NCBI GenBank assembly: GCA_964019335.1
Contig: OZ025652.1
Coordinates: forward strand, 62,001-126,000
Source: Diplonema japonicum
Taxonomy: Eukaryota; Protista; Euglenozoa: Diplonemea
Length of the DNA stretch: 64,000 nucleotides
Reading direction: 5' to 3'
Shown here: piece after piece, positions 1 through 11,984 of the stretch
Position numbering within the stretch: position 1 is the first letter of the stretch
Layout of the letters: each line of letters begins with the position of its first letter
Position numbers and translations under genes: made by a program
The notes under the pieces: model-generated
The model's database searches: none
The model's input: only the letters and a program-made list of their open reading frames with translations
Told to the model about the DNA's origin: nothing

Positions 1-1565
1 TTCCCGTCTGGTCAGCTGCCTTGGCACCTGGCATTCCGGGCAATTTTGGCATTCCCTTTCCTGGTGGCGGTGGGGGAGGGGGAGGGCCCTTGCCCGGCGG
101 CGGCGGGGCGCCCTTGCCAGGAGGCGGCGGAGGCGGAGCACCCCTACCCGGGGCTGGTGGTGGAGGCGGAGCACCTTTTCCCGGGGCTGGTGGTGGCGGC
201 GCTGCTTTAGGAACAGGTGGCTTGGGTGCTTCTACTACAGGAGCCGCTGGCGGGGGTGTAGGTGGCGTGTTCTTTTTCCCAGGACTGGGCCTTGGAGGCG
301 GTTCATCGTCTCCAGTCGCGTAAGCCGCAGGTTGCGATGGTCTTCGCTTGACTCCGAACCAACCCATCTTCAGGGTTTGTTGCTGTGGTGCAGGTGGTGC
401 CGCGGGCATCGTTCTGTCCTTCTTACCATCGTCCTTACCACCGGCAAGTACTTCCGCTGCAGCCGTTGAGTTGTAGTTCTGACTGAACACTCCTAAACCC
501 CTCCCGCCCTTCGCCTTATCTTTCTCTCTCAGCTTCAACTCCAACTCAACCTGTTGCAGTGTTTTCTTTTCCTGCTGCTCTCTGAAAATGTCGGTTTCTA
601 GCTTCTGCTGCTGGATGCTCATGTCCTCAAACAGCCTGTTCTGTTCGTCTAATGCCTTTTCGGCAGCTTGGTTCTGCATCATCAGCAGCACTTTGACCTG
701 CTGGAGGATATCGTGAAGCCCACCAGTGCCGTCACCGGTTCTGGAATGGTTACTTTTTTGTTAGTTACATACTCCTGTGCCATAGCAATATCGGTCTTCT
801 CTGCGTCGGGGAACATCTCCCTCAGCATTGGCTTTGAATCCTTGATCGTATTCTTTGCTTGGTGCAGGAGAAGCGCTGCCTTAATCTCATCGCCCTCGGT
901 CTGTGGTGCGGCGTAAAGAAAGAAACAATATACTATGGGCATACCTGCTTCAACGCGCCTTCTATCACATCCTTTGATCGGTCCTTGAAAATATCCCGTA
1001 GACGGCCAACGGCAGTCTGTAGTTTTTTCTCTTCTTCGATGCCCATGCCAGTGACAGTAAGAGCAAGGACTTTTTTTTTTCGCCTGGAGACTTTAGTGAG
1101 AGCGGATACAGAACAATGAATAAAAACTCGATTAAATAAGAAATCTACGGGAGAATGGCAGTGTTGCAGGCAAATAAAACAAAGGCCACAAACCTTTGAT
1201 CCCGTGGAATCCACGCTCGCTTTTTTCGCGGCAGGTTTTTTGCTCTTCAATTCTCGCTGAGTAACGACATGCTGTAATGCTTGCTCCGCCTGCTCCTCTG
1301 AATCAGTGGTGTTCAGAGCATGATCAACCTCTTTTTCCGTTGCACTTGGGAACTTCTTTACCAAGTTGCGCCGCCTGCCAAACCACTCCCGTGCAGCCAC
1401 GGGTTTCTTCTCTTCTTTTTGGGCCTCTTGGGAACCATTGAAGAGTAAGTCGGCAGCTGTGACAACATCGCCGTTGGCCTGCTGCACAGCTTGTATTATT
1501 TCCGCTTCCTTCACTTCGGGTAGCATTGAGCTGAGCTCCCGCACTTGCTGCGAGTAGTCGCTCAT
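1..1565 (-). CDS. Multi-CUE-like-domain protein with coiled coil and FH1-like polyproline tract (probable formin); 3' end runs off the window
   Basis: ATG at 1565. Introns at ~1084-1193, 901-944 and 741-772. Helical CUE-like motifs: VRELSSMLPEVKEAEIIQAVQQANGDVVTAADLL, LVKKFPS, LRDIFKDRSKDVIEGALKQTEGDEIKAALLL and LREMFPD. These are followed by a coiled coil and repeated PPPPP(A/P)GKG. No FH2 domain is visible inside the window. Confidence 0.6.
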
Positions 1566-1644
1566 TTGTGTAAATCCTTTTTATGTATACACGAGGCACA
1601 GAGCAAAACAGATGACGAACCAAAGTACTAACCGGAAGGAAACC

Positions 1645-3182
1645 TTAGTCTTCTGCATTCTCGTTCTGCCGCTGAAGGTTGTATCTTTTTTGAGCAGCTT
1701 TATGGATGGCCTGTGTGAGGTGTTGGTGAGTGCTTGTGTACATACCTTACTCTGATCAGGAAAGGACTCACGGATGGTATCAAAATCTTCCTTTCGCAAA
1801 ACAAACAAATCGCAAAATGAAGAGGTGACCACTGTAGCCGTGCGCCTACTATCATTGAACAGAAGTGCCACCTCACCGAAAAAGGAACCATCGCGGAGAG
1901 TGGCATAAACCACACGCTCCGAGGACTCCTTCGCTTCGCTGACGACCTGCACCTCGCCACGTGAGATGAAATACATCTCTCTTCCGACCTCACCTTTGCG
2001 CACTATGAAGCTGTCCGGAAGTAGCACAGTTGGGATGAGCTTCACAACCACTGCAGACTTGAACTGTTCATCGCATTCGTGGAACAGAGGTACCTTTGAG
2101 ATGATTTCCTTGTTCAGGAAGAGAGACACCTCCTCCTGGAGGTACCCTGGCAGCTCTTGGATAAGCCTTGCCTCATCGAGTCCCCTTCGAGACTGCCACA
2201 GGTATGTGTAATATCCCTTGATACGTGTCTGCATCTCTGTGGATATCTTGCGGTAGCGCATGTAGTCGTTCACGGCATCCATCTTCTGGCGGAATGCTGC
2301 CCCGGAAGAGTCCAGGTTCTGTACCAGCGATCCCAAGGTGCCAATCACACCGACATTTCCAGCGACACCCACCACAACGGTCACAAGGGAGAATATGATC
2401 TGCAAGTCAGACTGCGGCAAGATAGACCCGTAGCCCGTCATCATGGTGAGTGTCCAATACACACCTAGCAAGAAACGGTACCCGGAAGGCTCGGAGAGGA
2501 GCCCTGGCTGTTGCGTCCAATACCATGTGTGACTCGTCTCGCCGTCGCTCCATATCACCAAGTTCCATACGCAGCCTAGCCAGTAGATCAACCATATGAT
2601 CAGAACAGTGAACCGGAATACCCTCTGCGCGTTATGTCCGATCTGTAGAATCTCCCCCAACTCGTCGAAATACCACGACAACTTCAACACACGGATCATC
2701 TTGTTGAGTCGAAACGCCGGGTGAAGTAACCCCTTCGACAAACCGAACCCCACCAGGTCTAATGGAATAATTGCTATCAGCTCTACGATGGCCTGCCTGC
2801 TTCTAATGTTAATTAGAACATTGCTAACTCGTAGTTCATTTTTTTCTTCTGTTGAAAAGTAATTGATTTGTGGCATGCACACCTACGCCTTTTGGCGGCC
2901 GCATCACGTTGCAGAAAAACTCAAATATCATAATAATGTCGAGCAAGAGGTCGATGAGCACCTCTATCAAGGAGGCAGGGGTGTTGAGACATACTCTGCA
3001 GGTGGCAAGTGTAACAAGTCGGTGGCATACCTAAATGGTACAGAGGCAAGGTTGTACAGCGCAATACAGAAGACAAGTTTCTTCCACCACGAAGGCCGGT
3101 TGCCGATGAATAGGACGAGCTTGTTGGGTTTTGCAATGAGCTCTTCACTGCTTGTAGAACGGGCGGAGTCTTGCAACGACAT
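1645..3182 (-). CDS. Cyclic-nucleotide-binding-domain cation channel (CNG/HCN/KCNH superfamily), ~477 aa
   Basis: Introns at 2996-3030, 2849-2882 and 1711-1745; spliced length 1434 nt is in frame. S4-like FRLNKMIRVLKL, pore TMMTGYG, C-linker FRQKMDAVNDYMRYRKI, and CNBD GSFFGEVALL...RRTATV. Confidence 0.9.
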
Positions 3183-3258
3183 AACTGCAACCCTCCCTTC
3201 GTCCCTGCTTGGCTGTGAGTACAGATAAAAAGAACAAGAAAAAGAAGCATAAGTAACA

Positions 3259-4485
3259 TCAAACTAACTTCTCGCTTAAGAAATCTCGGATCAATCTATT
3301 CAAGTCGCTGCATGGCTGTACACCATACTTAACCATGTCTCCTTCTAACCTGCTAACAAAGCTACGATCCCCGACGTTGACAGCAACGGACATCAAATGT
3401 GTGTACACTTGTAGAAACGGCTTGTTGTGCTCAAGATACCCTTCATAGATGTCACATGCCAAGACGTAGTACCTGCAGTCCCTTCCGGTCACTGCATCGC
3501 AGGCCGCCTTCAACGCACGAACTTGCGTCTGGCGATCTGCTTGGATGCCGTGCTCTGCCATATCGACTAGTATTCGTAATGCCTCGTCTGTCCTGCCGGC
3601 CTTGAGATTCAGTGTCATAAGTGCTCTAAAAGTTTGAATGTTCAGCTTGATGTGTGCCTCAGCTGCCTTACAGAGAATGTTCTCAGCTCCTTGCACGTCC
3701 ACTGATGCGATGCACGCCCTGAGCACCAGATTCACTGTCATGGAATTCATGCCTATCTTTGAACTGCGCATCATATCCCACACGGTCTGCGCTGCCGCGT
3801 ACGCCGTGCAGCAGTAAAGCAAGGCATGGTACTCTGCGGTACCCATGCGGGTTCCGGCAGCACGAGCGCTTTTATACAGTACCCAGGCTTCTTTCTCTTT
3901 TCCCAGCTTACTCAAAGCTCGCAGCTGCGGTGCAAGTGCCTGGTCATCAATCGAGTATCCGTCTGCGTTGGCTCTCTCGGTCCACACAGCACAGTTCTCC
4001 GGGTCCACCTCACTGCTAGCTAAGATGAAATAAAGATACGACACGCGCGTGGGCATAAGGCGCTCTTTACGGAGTAGCCTTCCCATCTGTAGCACCCCCC
4101 GGTACTTTTTCCAACGGAACATCCTTTCGATAACAATGGCGTATCCATATTGGTCCACTATGGCCCCTTCTCTGTACAGCTTCTGCAGCTCTTTGAGTAA
4201 GACACTCACTGCAATTGACATTTTAGTCTCTTTTTCTCTTTCATGCATTTCACGTTTCCATCCTTTCTCCAGTTCCGCGCTGAGATGAACCAAGTAAGCA
4301 GCTGACCTAGAGCTGCGCCATCCCAATGCATATCCATCTGCCACAGTTTCTCGTCTGGACGTCTTGGACTTGCTCGTGTATAGTACTGTGTCCTTTTCCC
4401 TTCTGAGATGCTTCAAGAGTGAAGCCCCTGTGCGGTGCTTTACTGAGGCGGTGTTAACAGCATTTTGAATGTATTTCTTGTTCAT
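3259..4485 (-). CDS. Pentatricopeptide repeat (PPR) protein, likely mitochondrial
   Basis: 408-aa ORF with ~35-aa periodic helical motifs: PTRVSYLYFILAS, GTAEYHALLYCC, NSMTVNLVLRAC, NIQTFRALMTLNLKAGRTDEALRILVDMAEHGIQAD. Confidence 0.8.
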   Translation of the reverse strand: MNKKYIQNAVNTASVKHRTGASLLKHLRREKDTVLYTSKSKTSRRETVADGYALGWRSSRSAAYLVHLSAELEKGWKREMHEREKETKMSIAVSVLLKELQKLYREGAIVDQYGYAIVIERMFRWKKYRGVLQMGRLLRKERLMPTRVSYLYFILASSEVDPENCAVWTERANADGYSIDDQALAPQLRALSKLGKEKEAWVLYKSARAAGTRMGTAEYHALLYCCTAYAAAQTVWDMMRSSKIGMNSMTVNLVLRACIASVDVQGAENILCKAAEAHIKLNIQTFRALMTLNLKAGRTDEALRILVDMAEHGIQADRQTQVRALKAACDAVTGRDCRYYVLACDIYEGYLEHNKPFLQVYTHLMSVAVNVGDRSFVSRLEGDMVKYGVQPCSDLNRLIRDFLSEKLV

Positions 4486-4564
4486 TGATACATGGAGCCT
4501 ATCTGCGCTGTATAAAAAGAGGAGTCAGCATCCAAAACTATTCAACGTGTTAACAACCACTGCT

Positions 4565-5001
4565 CTACTGCTCGAAGATCCCGAGTGCCTTAAGCTCCTT
4601 AATCAATCTGCTCTCAAGATGCTTGCCAAGCAGGGGATCCTCCGTCAGATCTATCATAGGTGCCGGTGAAGGGGTTGCATACCTTGTTTCAAGCTCCATG
4701 CAAAGTGAACCATTTTGTCCTTCAGTCGTTTTGATATTCTGTTCCCAATAAGCATCCCAAAGTCGCTACGTGCGGTGTCTATCAGTTTCGAACAGGAGGG
4801 CATTGGGTCGCTGCCACGTGTTGCGTGTGCCGTGAGGTTGGCTAGCAAAGGAGCATCACCCACCCATATCCACACACACCTCCGTATCTCCATGATCCTA
4901 AACGACACACGAACCGTGTTGTCAAAGAAACCCTCTTCGAAATCGTGGATCAATACTCCTGTGCCGCTCTCAGGCACTGCTTCCATCATGTTTCCCTCCA
5001 T
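4565..5001 (-). CDS. PSMG4: Proteasome assembly chaperone 4-like protein
   Basis: VSFRIMEIRRCVWIWVG..LANL.......PSCSKLI....SDFG..IGNRISKRL..MVHFAWSL matches the PAC4 pattern. One GTATG...ATAG intron near 4651-4682 precedes the last exon. Confidence 0.7.
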
Positions 5002-5066
5002 GCTCTGCGTGCTGTGAAAGCAAGTGCTACATTGACTAATATAAATACACTGAACACTAACCTTTA

Positions 5067-6538
5067 TCAAGCATGTGCCAACCATTCTTCTCTTGATGCA
5101 GTCTGGTGGCCCTTTGTCCACGCAGGCACATAAGCATTCTGCACGTTGTTAATATCACTCGTAAACCTAGCAAACGAATCACTCTCGTTGCTCTCCAGGT
5201 TAAGGTATGGCTTGTTATGCTTCCCTGTGACAGGTTTCACTCTTTTTATTGCAGCGCATACCATATCTCTCCACCCCTGCGTCCAGCCTAAAGGTCTCTT
5301 GCGACGCGATCTTACCGAACTCGCTATCCTGTGTCCCTGCGAAATACTTTTTCTTCAAATAGTCAGGCATCCTGTTATCGATCACTCTGTTAGGGGGGAG
5401 GAAGCCTGTACGCCCCTCGGGCGACATCTCGAACATTCCCCTCCTCCGCCTGGTCTGCTCGTAGTATGTGAACAGTGGCTTCACTGTGCTCGAGAGTGTC
5501 ATCCCCCTCTGCTGTGCAATCACCTTCGGGCTGCGGATCTGAGAATGGGTTCTTATCTTCTCTTTATGCATACCGAACGCATCGCCGAGAACAGCGTCAT
5601 TAATCGTTTGTACTTCTTGTGTTTTCTTTTCTTGATTTGCACCATAGCACCCTTCAGGCCAAAACCATTCATCACATCGGCAACGAGAGGAGAGCAGGAG
5701 AGGGTACGTGCTGGGAGGATCTGGACTTTTGTTCGGTTGAACTCGGCGTAGATAGGGTGGGGTACAGTCCACATGTCCTTGTCAATAGCTATCAAGTTTC
5801 CAAAGGCATTTTGGATGCCTTCATTCCGCGCTAGGTCGTAGCTCTGGGCTTCGCCGATTCCTAACCCAGCCACGCCATTCCCGTTGGATACCACGACAGT
5901 CACCATGATCCGCCAATACCTCCCGCCCTTCATCCACAGACCGACACGCCTCACGTCCACCTCTAACACCTCAAACGGCGTGAGTGGCTCGCCCTCCGCC
6001 TTCGCGTACCACTCAGGTTTACTCCAAAAACTCTTTCCTTGCTCTGCTCTTGCTGCAACGTTTCTGATGGGTGCCGGCATTCTAGACAGCGGGTGGTTGT
6101 CGGGGAACAGCTCAGGAGTGACCCACGGTTTTGCTTCGTAGGAACCTGCAAACTCCGGCGCCACGGGCTTGTTGATAAGTCCATGCTCCTTGGGGTCGGT
6201 GCTGTTGATGGGCCCCGGCTGGAAGTAAACAGAGGTAGGGAGCTTGTTGGCAAAGTCTCCCCACTGTACCTTCCGTATTGCGTTGGCGGTAGAAGAACCG
6301 GGGCGGAAGTTATCTAGTCTCAGATGTCTCGCCGTGTGCTTTGTCTGCGTCCAGCCCCCTACATCATGGTATGCTGTCGCCTTTGTCTGGTGCGGCTTGT
6401 GCAGGGCATGTCCGTACCCGAACCTCGATGACTGTTGATTTAATATTGTTGTTTTCTGATGCAACATACTCTCTGAACTCCCCATTTGAACGGGAAACCA
6501 CCTCCCTTCAGAAGAACCTTTGTCGGCCCTCCCGACAT
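5067..6538 (-). CDS. uS5m: Mitochondrial ribosomal protein uS5m (extended, euglenozoan type), ~453 aa
   Basis: S5 core VDVRRVGLWMKGGRYWRIMVTVVVSNGNGVAGLGIGEA...TKVQILPA. Introns at 6432-6469, 5539-5573 and 5225-5261; spliced length 1362 nt is in frame. Confidence 0.85.
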
Positions 6539-6625
6539 CTTCTATGGTGTTTTGCACCTGGTGTGTAGTATGAGGAGGAAAAGGCGGCAACAATTACTAA
6601 TCGTGCATCGTGCATCTATTATTGC

Positions 6626-7647
6626 CTACAAGATATTCGACATCTCAGCACTGTGCCCCATGTCTTTTCTTTCTCGTTCTTTCGATCTTATCAAGGCGGC
6701 CACCTGAGCAATTTGCATTTGCAACACAACCCATACCTGGCTGGGGACCATCCCGACAAAGACCTCTTTTATATTGTTTTTACCACCCTGATCAAATGGA
6801 CTTCTGCCTTTTGTGTATTTTAGGTCTTCGTGAGTCGTTTTATTTGATACAATCACTGAAGTGTTTTTTTGATAAGATGGCAGAGGGTACATACGTGAAG
6901 TATGGTAACAGCACAAACCCCCTACACAGCATAGTATGCACAAAGTGTAAAGCAGGATGATTGGTGCTATGTAGTGCCTGCGCGAAGCACCAGAAAACAA
7001 ACGTGAAACATAATTCTATTAGTGTAAAGTGTAATGTGAAGTGGCGTAGTGCATACGTCGTCCTCTTCGTCGCTGGAAGCGTTGATTAGCTCCACAATGC
7101 AGAAGACACACACAAAGACGGCCAATATGGAGGTAGATGCTAAGAAAGCTACGAAATATCTATAATTCCTCTTCCCTATGCAAGTTCCTGTCCATGGGCA
7201 ATGGTGGTCAAAGCGCAGAACGCAGTTATTGCAATCTTGGCAGTGCGAAGTCCTTTCCGGCCTCCAGATGTGGCAAGTTGTGCACCACTTACGTGTCTTG
7301 CCATCTATCACTCTCTCATACTCCGCAGGTGTCACCTCGGGTGCGGGCCGCTTGGGAATAATGCCGGGGTCAGTGGAGGCAGTTTTTAGCAGGCTCCCTA
7401 TGGACACGATGTATAGAACAATGGAAAATGCGAGAGTAGCAGGGTGCTGCACGATAAAGATCAGGAACAGCAGCATGGGAATGCTAATCATAGTAACGGA
7501 GCACGAGAGTACCCTGACGTCGGGCCCCATGACAATGTCTCCCGAACAGAATATCGTAGTCTCGCCGAAATCCTCTAATTGCTCTCCCGACGATTCTATC
7601 GCAGGCTCTTCGCACTCATCGTGCTGGATCGAGTCTACATCTTCCAT
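6626..7647 (-). CDS. DHHC palmitoyltransferase (ERF2/ZDHHC9-like)
   Basis: DPGIIP, KWCTTCHIWRPERTSHCQDCNNCVLRFDHHCPWTGTCIGKRNYRYF, then NKTTHE and PFDQG. Three short GTATG introns in the 3' part. Confidence 0.9.
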
Positions 7648-7696
7648 TTTTACTGAAATGATATAGGTGTTCACAAAACAAAACGGAATACAGGTC

Positions 7697-8441
7697 CTAC
7701 TTGGCCTTGCCATGCAGCATGGTGTTCAACAAGCTCGCAAGCTGCGTGTGATTTATCACTTGGAGGTCATCATACCTGGTTGTTGGAATTCTTCAAGAAC
7801 TTCATCTCTTCGTCGAACTTTATTTTCTCCTCTTTTGTCTTGTCCTTACCTGTTCTTGAGATTTCTTCGCACTTCAATTGCAAGTCTTCGTTTTCAAGTT
7901 CCAAGACAGCCACGCGAGCCTCCGCCTGTTTCAGTCTCTCATCCAGGTCCTCCTTGCCTTGTTCGGACTCGACAGCTTTCCGTGTTCCAAATGCAATGCT
8001 TGACTCGAACATCGTGCGATAGGCGTTAATGGTCTGCCGCAGATCATCCCGCACTCTGAGCATGAGCACCCCCCTCTCAGGGCTGTCTACAGTGATCTCT
8101 CTTATCAGCTCATCGAAGGTCTGCGCGTAGAGCTCCTGCCTCACTGGGCACACACCAGAATCGCGGGCACGCCGATTCCTCAGCTCGCTGTCTAACTGCT
8201 CTTGTAGGTTAATCACATCCAGCCTTGTCGCTGGGGTAGCTGAGGGCACCTGTGTCCACTTCACACCTCCCTCCGTCCACTCCCTTGCGGGAATGATCGA
8301 CTTCAATATATCGCTCGTCGGCAGCTTCCTTCTTCTCCTCTCTGTCCCCCCAGCACCCCCTGTGTACCCTCCTTGCGGTTTCTTCTCAGTGTACACCACG
8401 GGGTTTTCATATCTTACGAGCGTTGTCCCCAGCTCCGCCAT
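7697..8441 (-). CDS. DNALI1: Axonemal inner-arm dynein light chain p28
   Basis: TLVRYENPV, ILKSIIPAREW, PSATPATRLDVINLQEQLD, GVCPVRQELYAQTFDELIREIT, ERGVLMLRVRD, FESSIAFGTRKA. One intron near 7742-7775. Confidence 0.95.
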
Positions 8442-8792
8442 CGTCTGCAGTGTGGTGTTCATGCATGACACGTGAGGTATGTAGAATACAATAGGAAAAA
8501 CACTTCTGAATTAGCAACACTCGTGACTGTATAAGATCAATTATTCGCTGTTTGTCGCAATTTAGTCCCAGCTTAAAAGTGGCAAAAAAAAAAAGAAGTA
8601 CCTTCATCACTCTTGAATTCAGGCTATATTCACGCTAAATAAAAGAAACCTAAAAACCACCCCAAAAAGATGCTGATTAGGACCCATGCAGAAGTGCCTA
8701 AGTCGCAGAGGTAAAAAACTGATCTGTTTTTGGTTTTGATAACCTTTGTGACAGCGACAAAAAGCGAATAATCGACCATATATTTACACTGC

Positions 8793-10070
8793 CTACATGT
8801 AACTCTTGTTGGAACGGTCCCACCTGTAGCTGTCTGCGCTCTCGACACCACCGAAGGGTTGCTTGCCTGCCATGTAGCGCTCCCGCCTTTCAAAGTTGGC
8901 GGTGTCATTCAAGATGTCGGGGGGCGTCCACATGGGCTCGGGTTCCTTGTTGTCTTTGTACCACGTGGCAACCTCGTAGTCGAAGGATGTGTGGAAGAAA
9001 GTCAGCGCCACAGGGCTAGGGCCGATAGTGTCCTGCACAGGTTTCATAATGCTGTACATAGGTGCTGACTTGTTGTCGGAGTGGAGGAAGAAGCGTCTCC
9101 TCTCTTTAAGAGAAGCCTGCTGCTCTTTGGCATCGATTTTGCTTTGCTGTTTGTAGAGCGCGAAAGTGTACCGGAGCAGACCAGCGTCTTCTGAAGGAAG
9201 GGGCATGAGGTATCGCAATACACAGTCGCCACTCTGAGTAACATCTGCCCTACCACCCTTGGGCTTAATGTTGCTTACAACCCAGTGCAGCGTGTGACCT
9301 TCTTCGGGGTCTGCCCGGAAGGGGTAGTCGGGTGTTGACATGACTAGTGTGTAGTAAGCATCGTCGTCGAGGCCGTCGTCGGGGATCATGACGCGGGGCT
9401 GCTGCAGCGTGTGCTTGAGTTCAATGACGTTCCCCATGTGTACAGAGCGCCAGTAGTGCCTTGCAGAGTCGTCGCCGTAGGTGACATTCACATTGAAGTC
9501 GGAGAGCACGTTGGGGAAGATGGAGAACAGCAAGTGCTTTTGTAGGAACTTCCTCACCTTGTCTTGGTTTTCAAAACTTCTCCACTCTGTGTTGGAGAGC
9601 ATCCTTGCGTCTACCTCGGGCACCCTCGGGTATTGCACCTTGCCCAAGTCCTTGGCGTTCAACGAAATCACTTGGACAGGACGCTGCTCTATCTCAGGCA
9701 TAAACCTTCCATTTGTAAAGTGGTACCCGTCCCAGTAGTCTCCACCCTTTTTACCGAAGCCTTCAAGATCACTGGAGTTCTTGTGTATCAAGGATGGTGT
9801 GTCGTCTTCTGACGTCCACTTCAATTCTGAGTACCTCTGCGGCTCTATCGTTGTCCTCTCCGTTGACGTGTTCACTTTCCCTTTCTTAACAATCACCTGC
9901 CCATGTGGGCGGTAATGTGTGGAGTACGCCATAATTGGGCATGTCTTGGTTACTCCCGCCCACAACCTACGCCTCGGTGGTGCGCCTGTCTTACTCTTCT
10001 GTGTTGTGGAGCCTGTCCTAACCTTCGCGTTGTAGGTCTTCAACAGGACGCTGGTGTTGCGCATCGCCAT
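8793..10070 (-). CDS. mL38: PEBP-family protein, probably mitochondrial ribosomal protein mL38
   Basis: PEBP motifs VHMGNVI, YYTLVMSTPDYP, LHWVVSNI, YLMPLP..DAGLLRYTFALYKQ. The basic N-terminus resembles a mitochondrial presequence. Confidence 0.8.
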   Translation of the reverse strand: MAMRNTSVLLKTYNAKVRTGSTTQKSKTGAPPRRRLWAGVTKTCPIMAYSTHYRPHGQVIVKKGKVNTSTERTTIEPQRYSELKWTSEDDTPSLIHKNSSDLEGFGKKGGDYWDGYHFTNGRFMPEIEQRPVQVISLNAKDLGKVQYPRVPEVDARMLSNTEWRSFENQDKVRKFLQKHLLFSIFPNVLSDFNVNVTYGDDSARHYWRSVHMGNVIELKHTLQQPRVMIPDDGLDDDAYYTLVMSTPDYPFRADPEEGHTLHWVVSNIKPKGGRADVTQSGDCVLRYLMPLPSEDAGLLRYTFALYKQQSKIDAKEQQASLKERRRFFLHSDNKSAPMYSIMKPVQDTIGPSPVALTFFHTSFDYEVATWYKDNKEPEPMWTPPDILNDTANFERRERYMAGKQPFGGVESADSYRWDRSNKSYM

Positions 10071-10348
10071 TTCTACCCTGTTTTGTGATCATGCGGTGTA
10101 CTGGTCAATAATATATATGGCTGTAAAGCCTTGAGCCAAGCATGCTATCGAGCTTAGCACACAGGTGCGAAGAATGAGGTGTTGTACAATTGAACCAACA
10201 GCGGAAAAAGCGGAAAAGGAAGAAAACCAAAGAAAGAGAGCGCGGAAAGGCGTAAAGGAAAGAAGCTTATGCAGCAGGGCTAGTACAATACCGATATGCT
10301 CATTTCCATCCTTGGGAAATGGGAGTGCTCCTTTCGGTAATGCAAGGT

Positions 10349-10812
10349 TTACATATCAGCAGCGGCGAGAAGAGGCGTGAGCCCAGGAGAGCTGCACGGC
10401 TGTTAATAGTTAACGTTGACAAGTGAACGAAGTTACATACCGTTTGGCTGCCCTGCGACATGGATTCTTGCAAAATGTGCAGCGCAGCTGCACGGCCTCC
10501 ACCTGAAGCAGTTCTCACAACATTAACTGCTTGAGGTGCTTTTTCGGAGCACAATACTAGTGCATTCAGCCAAGGCCTGTCGTTATCTGCACTCCTGTTG
10601 AGCATATCCAAGAACGGGCTCTTCATTTCATTTGGGGTCTCGACGGGTTCAGACCTTGGGCTTTTCGTCTCGCTCAGCCTCCTCACCCCTTCGTTCCCAG
10701 GCGGTAGCATCTGATCGTGGCATTCCGCCTGACTTTGCTTCCTCGTCCTCTGCCTGTCCAATATCCCATCCCGTTTCTCTTTCAGCTGCTCGATCTCGTT
10801 AGGTGTTTCCAT
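10349..10812 (-). CDS. Hypothetical protein
   Basis: ORF from ATG 10812 with coding-like composition and an internal repeat (ETPNE twice). One GTATG...AACAG intron near 10400-10440 leads to a stop at 10349-10351. No recognisable domain. Confidence 0.55.
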
Positions 10813-10969
10813 GTGTATTATGAAAGCTGCATTAAATTAAAAAAGAACCGCGAAAATATAAGAACACTCATAACGGTCCATGTACACCGCAGGCCTCAAT
10901 AGTCTAAAAGGACAGATACTATTGGCAACTTGCGTGCGTCCGACGGGCAAGGGTGACAACACTGCCAGA

Positions 10970-11834
10970 TCATTTGGAGCCCTTCTTCTTGCGCTTTAGT
11001 TCGTCGTCCATATCAATGTCGAACTTACTGCCGTCCGACTGCAGGTGTGTGTGGTGTGTGTTGTCATACTGATTCCATCAGCTCTTTGCGCACGCTATTC
11101 TTTTGCGCTTCGATCATCCCTTGCAGTTCGTTCTCGCGTTTCTGTGGTGCATAAGATGGTGTACAGGGAGTACCTGTCTTTCTGCGTCAGCACGTCTTCC
11201 CTCGTTGGCCAATGAGTCCAGCTCCGTGATGACCTTGGAGCTGGCATCGTGCCACTTTGTAAGCGTATCTATCATTGCGTCGATATCGGCCGGCAGCACG
11301 TCCCTCCCAATCACGTCGGCGACTTCCACATTCCGCGCTGCCTGGTCCAGTTTTGCTTGCAGCAGGTTGTTAGTGATTGCGTCGATGACAGTGTCCTCCA
11401 GCACGCGCACGTCGCTGATGTCCAGTGACTCCGCCAAGTCATCGTATGTCAAGTTCCGCGACTTGCTCGCCTTTGACACAATGGTGAGCTGCCTCAGCTT
11501 GTCAAGCTGCGCAGGGGTCAGCTCAGGTAGCGTATCTCTTTTCTCTGTGGTGACTAACCCCGCGTCTTTACGCATACCTTTGTAGTCCAGATAAGTCCCG
11601 TATGTAAATATTGACAGCAAGTCATGCACAGGCTTCGTCTCTGCATCTTCACTCAGCTGTGTGTTTACTTGTTAATCTGAATCTCTCCTGCCACACCTGT
11701 TGGACAGTAGGAATGGCCAATAGCTCACCGTACACAAATACATTAGGTGCGGAAAGTGCTTCGTTGACCAACTGCGCCGTCGCCTTCCCTCGCGAGTTCT
11801 TCGCCATAATTGTGAAATAGCTTAAATCGCTCAT
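10970..11834 (-). CDS. CSN7: COP9 signalosome subunit 7 (PCI domain), ~242 aa
   Basis: ALSAPNVFVYGELL..P.VQQL, LLSIFTYGTYLDY, LPELTPAQLDKLRQLTIVS, VRVLEDTVIDAI...LLQAKLDQ, GRDV. Introns at 11657-11696, 11545-11577, 11142-11173 and 11039-11069; spliced length 729 nt is in frame. Confidence 0.93.
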
Positions 11835-11984
11835 TTTAAATTTAGATGTGTACTGAGATAACGGTACGTAGGGGTGCACAAAATAACGGCCTGGATGTTA
11901 ATAATAAACAGCTGTAGTTCCTATTCGTGGTATCACCGGTGTCAGCATGAGGTAGCCAAACCACATGATCAAAGCAGAACTCAA

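Noticed and set aside
1071-1193. Apparent 1-nt frame conflict at the first intron of the CUE/polyproline gene
   Set aside because: Splicing AAG|GT...CCAG|GCG needs 9 rather than 10 A in the following run. A homopolymer assembly error or different boundary is likelier than biology.
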